Source: Minutocellus sp. GHC0000111 (Eukaryota). Taken from it: 64,000 nucleotides of DNA. Below the pieces are notes generated by a model. That model was not told the origin of the DNA. It saw nothing but the letters and a program-made list of their open reading frames with translations, and did no database searches. A program made the position numbers and the translations under genes. Positions within the stretch are counted from its first letter, which is position 1. Every line of letters begins with the position of its first letter. Below, in pieces: positions 60,598-64,000 of this stretch. The stretch spans positions 1,736,001 through 1,800,000 of the forward strand of contig OZ361259.1 of assembly GCA_977018835.1 (NCBI GenBank). Reading direction: 5' to 3'.

Positions 60598-62957
60598 TTA
60601 TTTACGAAACATCCCCAAAAGACCCCCATTGGACCTCGGCCATGCATTGTCTGGTAATTTCTGGGCATTCGCTCCCACTCCTAGCACCTGCGCTGTCAAC
60701 CTGCTTTTGGTGAGATTCTTATTCATCTTGCTTGCCAACCACCGACGGACTTCAAGATCTAAAGCCTTTCCTTTTGCCACTAGTTCGGCCTCATCGATCT
60801 CGGCTGCTCTAAACACATCATCCTGATCTTTTGTGACAGCTGCATCAACCACACGCATTGCCAACTTATATTTTGTCTTTTCATTGCGATCAAAAGCCCT
60901 GGGAAGTATTGCCAGCGGCGGAGGCATGGATTCATGCGACGACCCTGACTTCAGCTTTCCAGATCGAGCCAATTCTATTACTATTTCGCTCATGAGCGGC
61001 CACTTATTCTTCTTTTTGCCCCCAGCGCTGCTGACAGTTGACAACTGCTCCGTCGTTGGTAGCGGTGGAGGCCGAAGAGCCGTCGGTAGCGGTGGCGCTC
61101 CTCCAACCATTCTCCTTGCTATGGCAACCGGCGATACTGCAATGGCAGATATTGCGGTGCCGATAATGCCAGAACCTCCAGCGGTGCGCTGCCGCACGTT
61201 TCGGCCAGGGGATCGCGGTGGGGATGGCTCTCTTCGTCGGATGGTGCCACCGGCAGGTCTACTGGTACCAGCAACCGCCGAATCAACACCACCAGAAGCA
61301 ATCAATGGCACCGATGTTCCATTTAGCGCCCTTGCATCCGATTTTTGTAGCTGAGTCTCAAGGTGACATATTGTTCTTGCGTTGGTTGCTGCCAAAGCCT
61401 TCAAATCGGCAATCTCCTTCCGCAAATCTGATACTAAACGATTGTTTTCAGCTACCACAGTAGCAAGCTCCTCCTCAGCGGATGAATACGGTGCATTGAT
61501 GGCCTTGAAATCATCTGCCACCTTCCTTGACCACCCCTTCAATTGAGACAGATCAATACCGAGCTCGTCCCCCACATTCATCATCCGACGAACGGCAGGG
61601 CCTGCAACTCCAAGAAAAGACAGCTTCGTCGAAAAATTCATAATGTTGGTGGCCAGCACCTCCCGTACCAGCTGCCGTAGCCTCCCTCCAGCCTTGAAAT
61701 CAGGCATTGTCATTGGATATAATTTGTCTGCAAACCGATCCAAAAGAGCCATGTCGTCAGGCAAAGTGCTGATGGCAATGAGCCGAGGAGGACGGTGGGA
61801 CTTCCGAGGAGAGGGATGGCCAGCAAGAGACCTCATTGGCACATGTTGCATCGCCCGCCGAGATAGCACGTAGTGCCTGGTGTTATCAGCAGGAGCGTGG
61901 CCTGATCGTGCCGTGAGCTCTGGATGATTCACCGACGGATCTTCGTGAAGGTGGGTAGTGCCGCCGTATCGCATGCTTCGACCAGATATGCTGTCCCGTA
62001 TTGAATCCGGCAGATCATCTCGCAAGGTTTCGGTGAGGGTCTTGGAAGTCCAGGAATCGCTTCGAGCCTGGCACATCGGTACAACAAAGGCCTGGAGAAA
62101 ACCTATATTGCCAGAGGAGTTGCAGGTACGAGAGAGGCCACCATCGACGCTCCAGTGGTCACCAAGGGCATCAAATACACAAGTCTCCCACCGGTCATAA
62201 TCTGTACAGAAGGTAGTCGGCCTGGTCGTGCCATTCTTCAAGTCCTTCCAGTCAGCAGCAGCACAATTACCGACGGGATCATATGTCATGCCCTGGTAGT
62301 TGAGATATTTCACCTCCCCGGACCGGCCATCGGCGGCATATGTCAAGTTGAGAGCAAGGCGTCGCTGGTGCTTGTCGCCGAGCTTGCTGGTTTTCAGTAG
62401 CTTGCGATTGATGGTGACCATGTCGGGAACATCGTCGGCAAATGGACTGGTGCTGACACCGTCGTGTCCTTCAATAACACCAGCATCGGGGTTGAGGCGA
62501 ACGATGCCGATCTTGCCGGGTACTTCGTCGACACCAGATGTGCCACGGACGCTGTCTCTCTCCAGCTTCTTGACGAGCGCGCCCTTGGAGAGGGTGAACC
62601 AGGTCTCGTCGGTCCAGTCGACGTGGCGGCCGAACCGGTCCTTCAGGTACTCCTTGATGAGGCCGAAGCCGTTGCCGACGCCGTCAGCCTTGAGGAGCTT
62701 GTCCCGGTTGTTCATGTACCTCGGAGGTTCGTCGACATGTACTCGGCCCAAGAGCACATAATTGATTCGATGTCGCCGGGCGATGCGACGTCTTCGGGCG
62801 TCAAGTCGTCGACAAAGGGAAGACCGATATGCTGAAGATATGCATTGAATCGGGTCTTGTACGATGATAACTCGGGTGGTGCCCTTGGGACTGCCGTGCG
62901 GCGAAGGCCGGCGGTGGCGTTCGTGGCGGCGGTAGCAGCAGTAGTAGCGGCGGCCAT
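60598..62957 (-). mobile_element. Tyrosine recombinase gene, Crypton (CryptonS)-like; one frameshift at ~62725
   Basis: Catalytic pattern R (YAADGRSGEV), K (WKDLKNG), HxxR-equivalent (SGRSMRYGG), H/W (ARSGH) and Y (NTRHY). N-terminal helical region and C-terminal coiled coil. The 81-aa and 719-aa ORFs join with one added base (MSTN/LPRYMNN). Confidence 0.8.
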
Positions 62958-63470
62958 GGTGTCAAAAGACTTAAGTTTTTATTTTGGCTCGCAGCCAAGA
63001 TGCGCTTTCAGTTGGTGCTTGGCATCGCGGGGAAAATCTTGAAGTCTTCTCGCAGCAAACATGCGAGCCAAACTTTACCCAGGAATCCCCCCGAAACACC
63101 CGGGTAAAGTTCGGAAGCAAGGCGCAAAAAGCGCGTGGTGGTCATCACACGAAAGTCAAGGCCCCCACTTAACCACCTTTTCTCAACACTTTGACAAGGA
63201 ATGACACATGCAAAAGCCCCCATACTCAATATTTTGTAAGAAATGATTATCATGATGTTTCTCATCCCCAAACGAATAAACTGACAATCCACGCTCCTCT
63301 CTTTCTTTTGGCGATCGATGGAATGCATGGCAACATGATGACATCGGCCAGACGGCCGATAGCCGAAAGTGAGGAGCTCCACGGAACATTACAGTCTCCA
63401 ACAACCACAAGATCCATCCAAAGATTGCACGCGTAATAAATCTGCACAACACTGAATCTTCAGATCAAAG

Positions 63471-63878
63471 ATGCGCCTCTCTACTGGTATCATCTCTGTA
63501 CTTCTCGGCAAATCAATGGCGTCGGCCTTCTCCCCGGACGATCTGCCTCTGACGGTGGCCCACCGACTCGTCCTACATGCCATCGAGCAGCAATCGTCAA
63601 TATCACCAAATGACTCGTCGTCAGCACGCCAGCTGAGCCACGCTGACAATAAGCATCGGCCTTGTTCCATTTGCTACGATGGGAATGACCCCTTCCATCC
63701 CGGTAGACGCCTCCAGCTGCGGATTGATGATGCAAGTGGATCATTTAACACTTCCGGACAGGAGGTGGCAATCAATGAAGAATCGCCAGGCGCACAAACT
63801 CCGCTGACTTGCGTGGACTACGAAAGCACCTTTCTATCGAAGCTTTTCCCAAACGACTCATCTTGTCAGGCGTTTCAG
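63471..63878 (+). CDS. First exon of a putative secreted Cys-motif protein, 3'-partial
   Basis: MRLSTGIISVLLGKSMASAFSP... with CSICYDG...LTCVDYE...SCQAFQ; donor GTGCGT at 63879. The frame is open to the window end. Confidence 0.6.
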
Positions 63879-64000
63879 GTGCGTACAGCGAAGCACATGA
63901 GCAAAGATTCAGCAACGCAGCATGTCATTGATATCTACATTGAGTACATTTCAATATGCATGCAGTTTAATTTCTATATGTTAGTCCCAAAATGCGCACT

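Noticed and set aside
1..64000. tRNA, rRNA or other structured RNA genes
   Set aside because: None recognised by eye; a tRNAscan-SE/Infernal run would be needed to exclude them.

Overview
Eukaryotic nuclear DNA, almost certainly from a diatom: short GT-AG introns, an Lhcz-type antenna protein with an ASAFAP-like bipartite presequence, a CoDi-like Copia relic and diatom-expanded gene families. Recognisable genes are a TMEM104/Aa_trans-type transporter, a 4x helicase-associated (HA) domain protein, UBA2/SAE2, a SEP-UBX p47/Shp1 protein, an LDH/MDH-family enzyme, an Lhcz-like LHC, a large FH2 formin, a DUF1764 protein and several low-complexity or unknown proteins. Accessory content includes four CRAL-TRIO-like paralogs (three fused to the same unnamed C-terminal basic helical domain), decayed class C GPCR, HA and MATH-BTB-SAP genes, and a Crypton-like tyrosine recombinase flanked by TTTACCC-containing repeats. 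Many genes carry single frameshifts or in-frame stops, often in homopolymers, so consensus error and real pseudogenisation cannot be separated from sequence alone. The best leads are (1) the tyrosine-recombinase element, (2) CRAL-TRIO plus putative DNA-binding-domain fusions as candidate lipid-sensing transcription factors, and (3) a TpA-erasing mutation signature in the Copia relic. All gene models, alignments and counts were done by eye; no searches were run.
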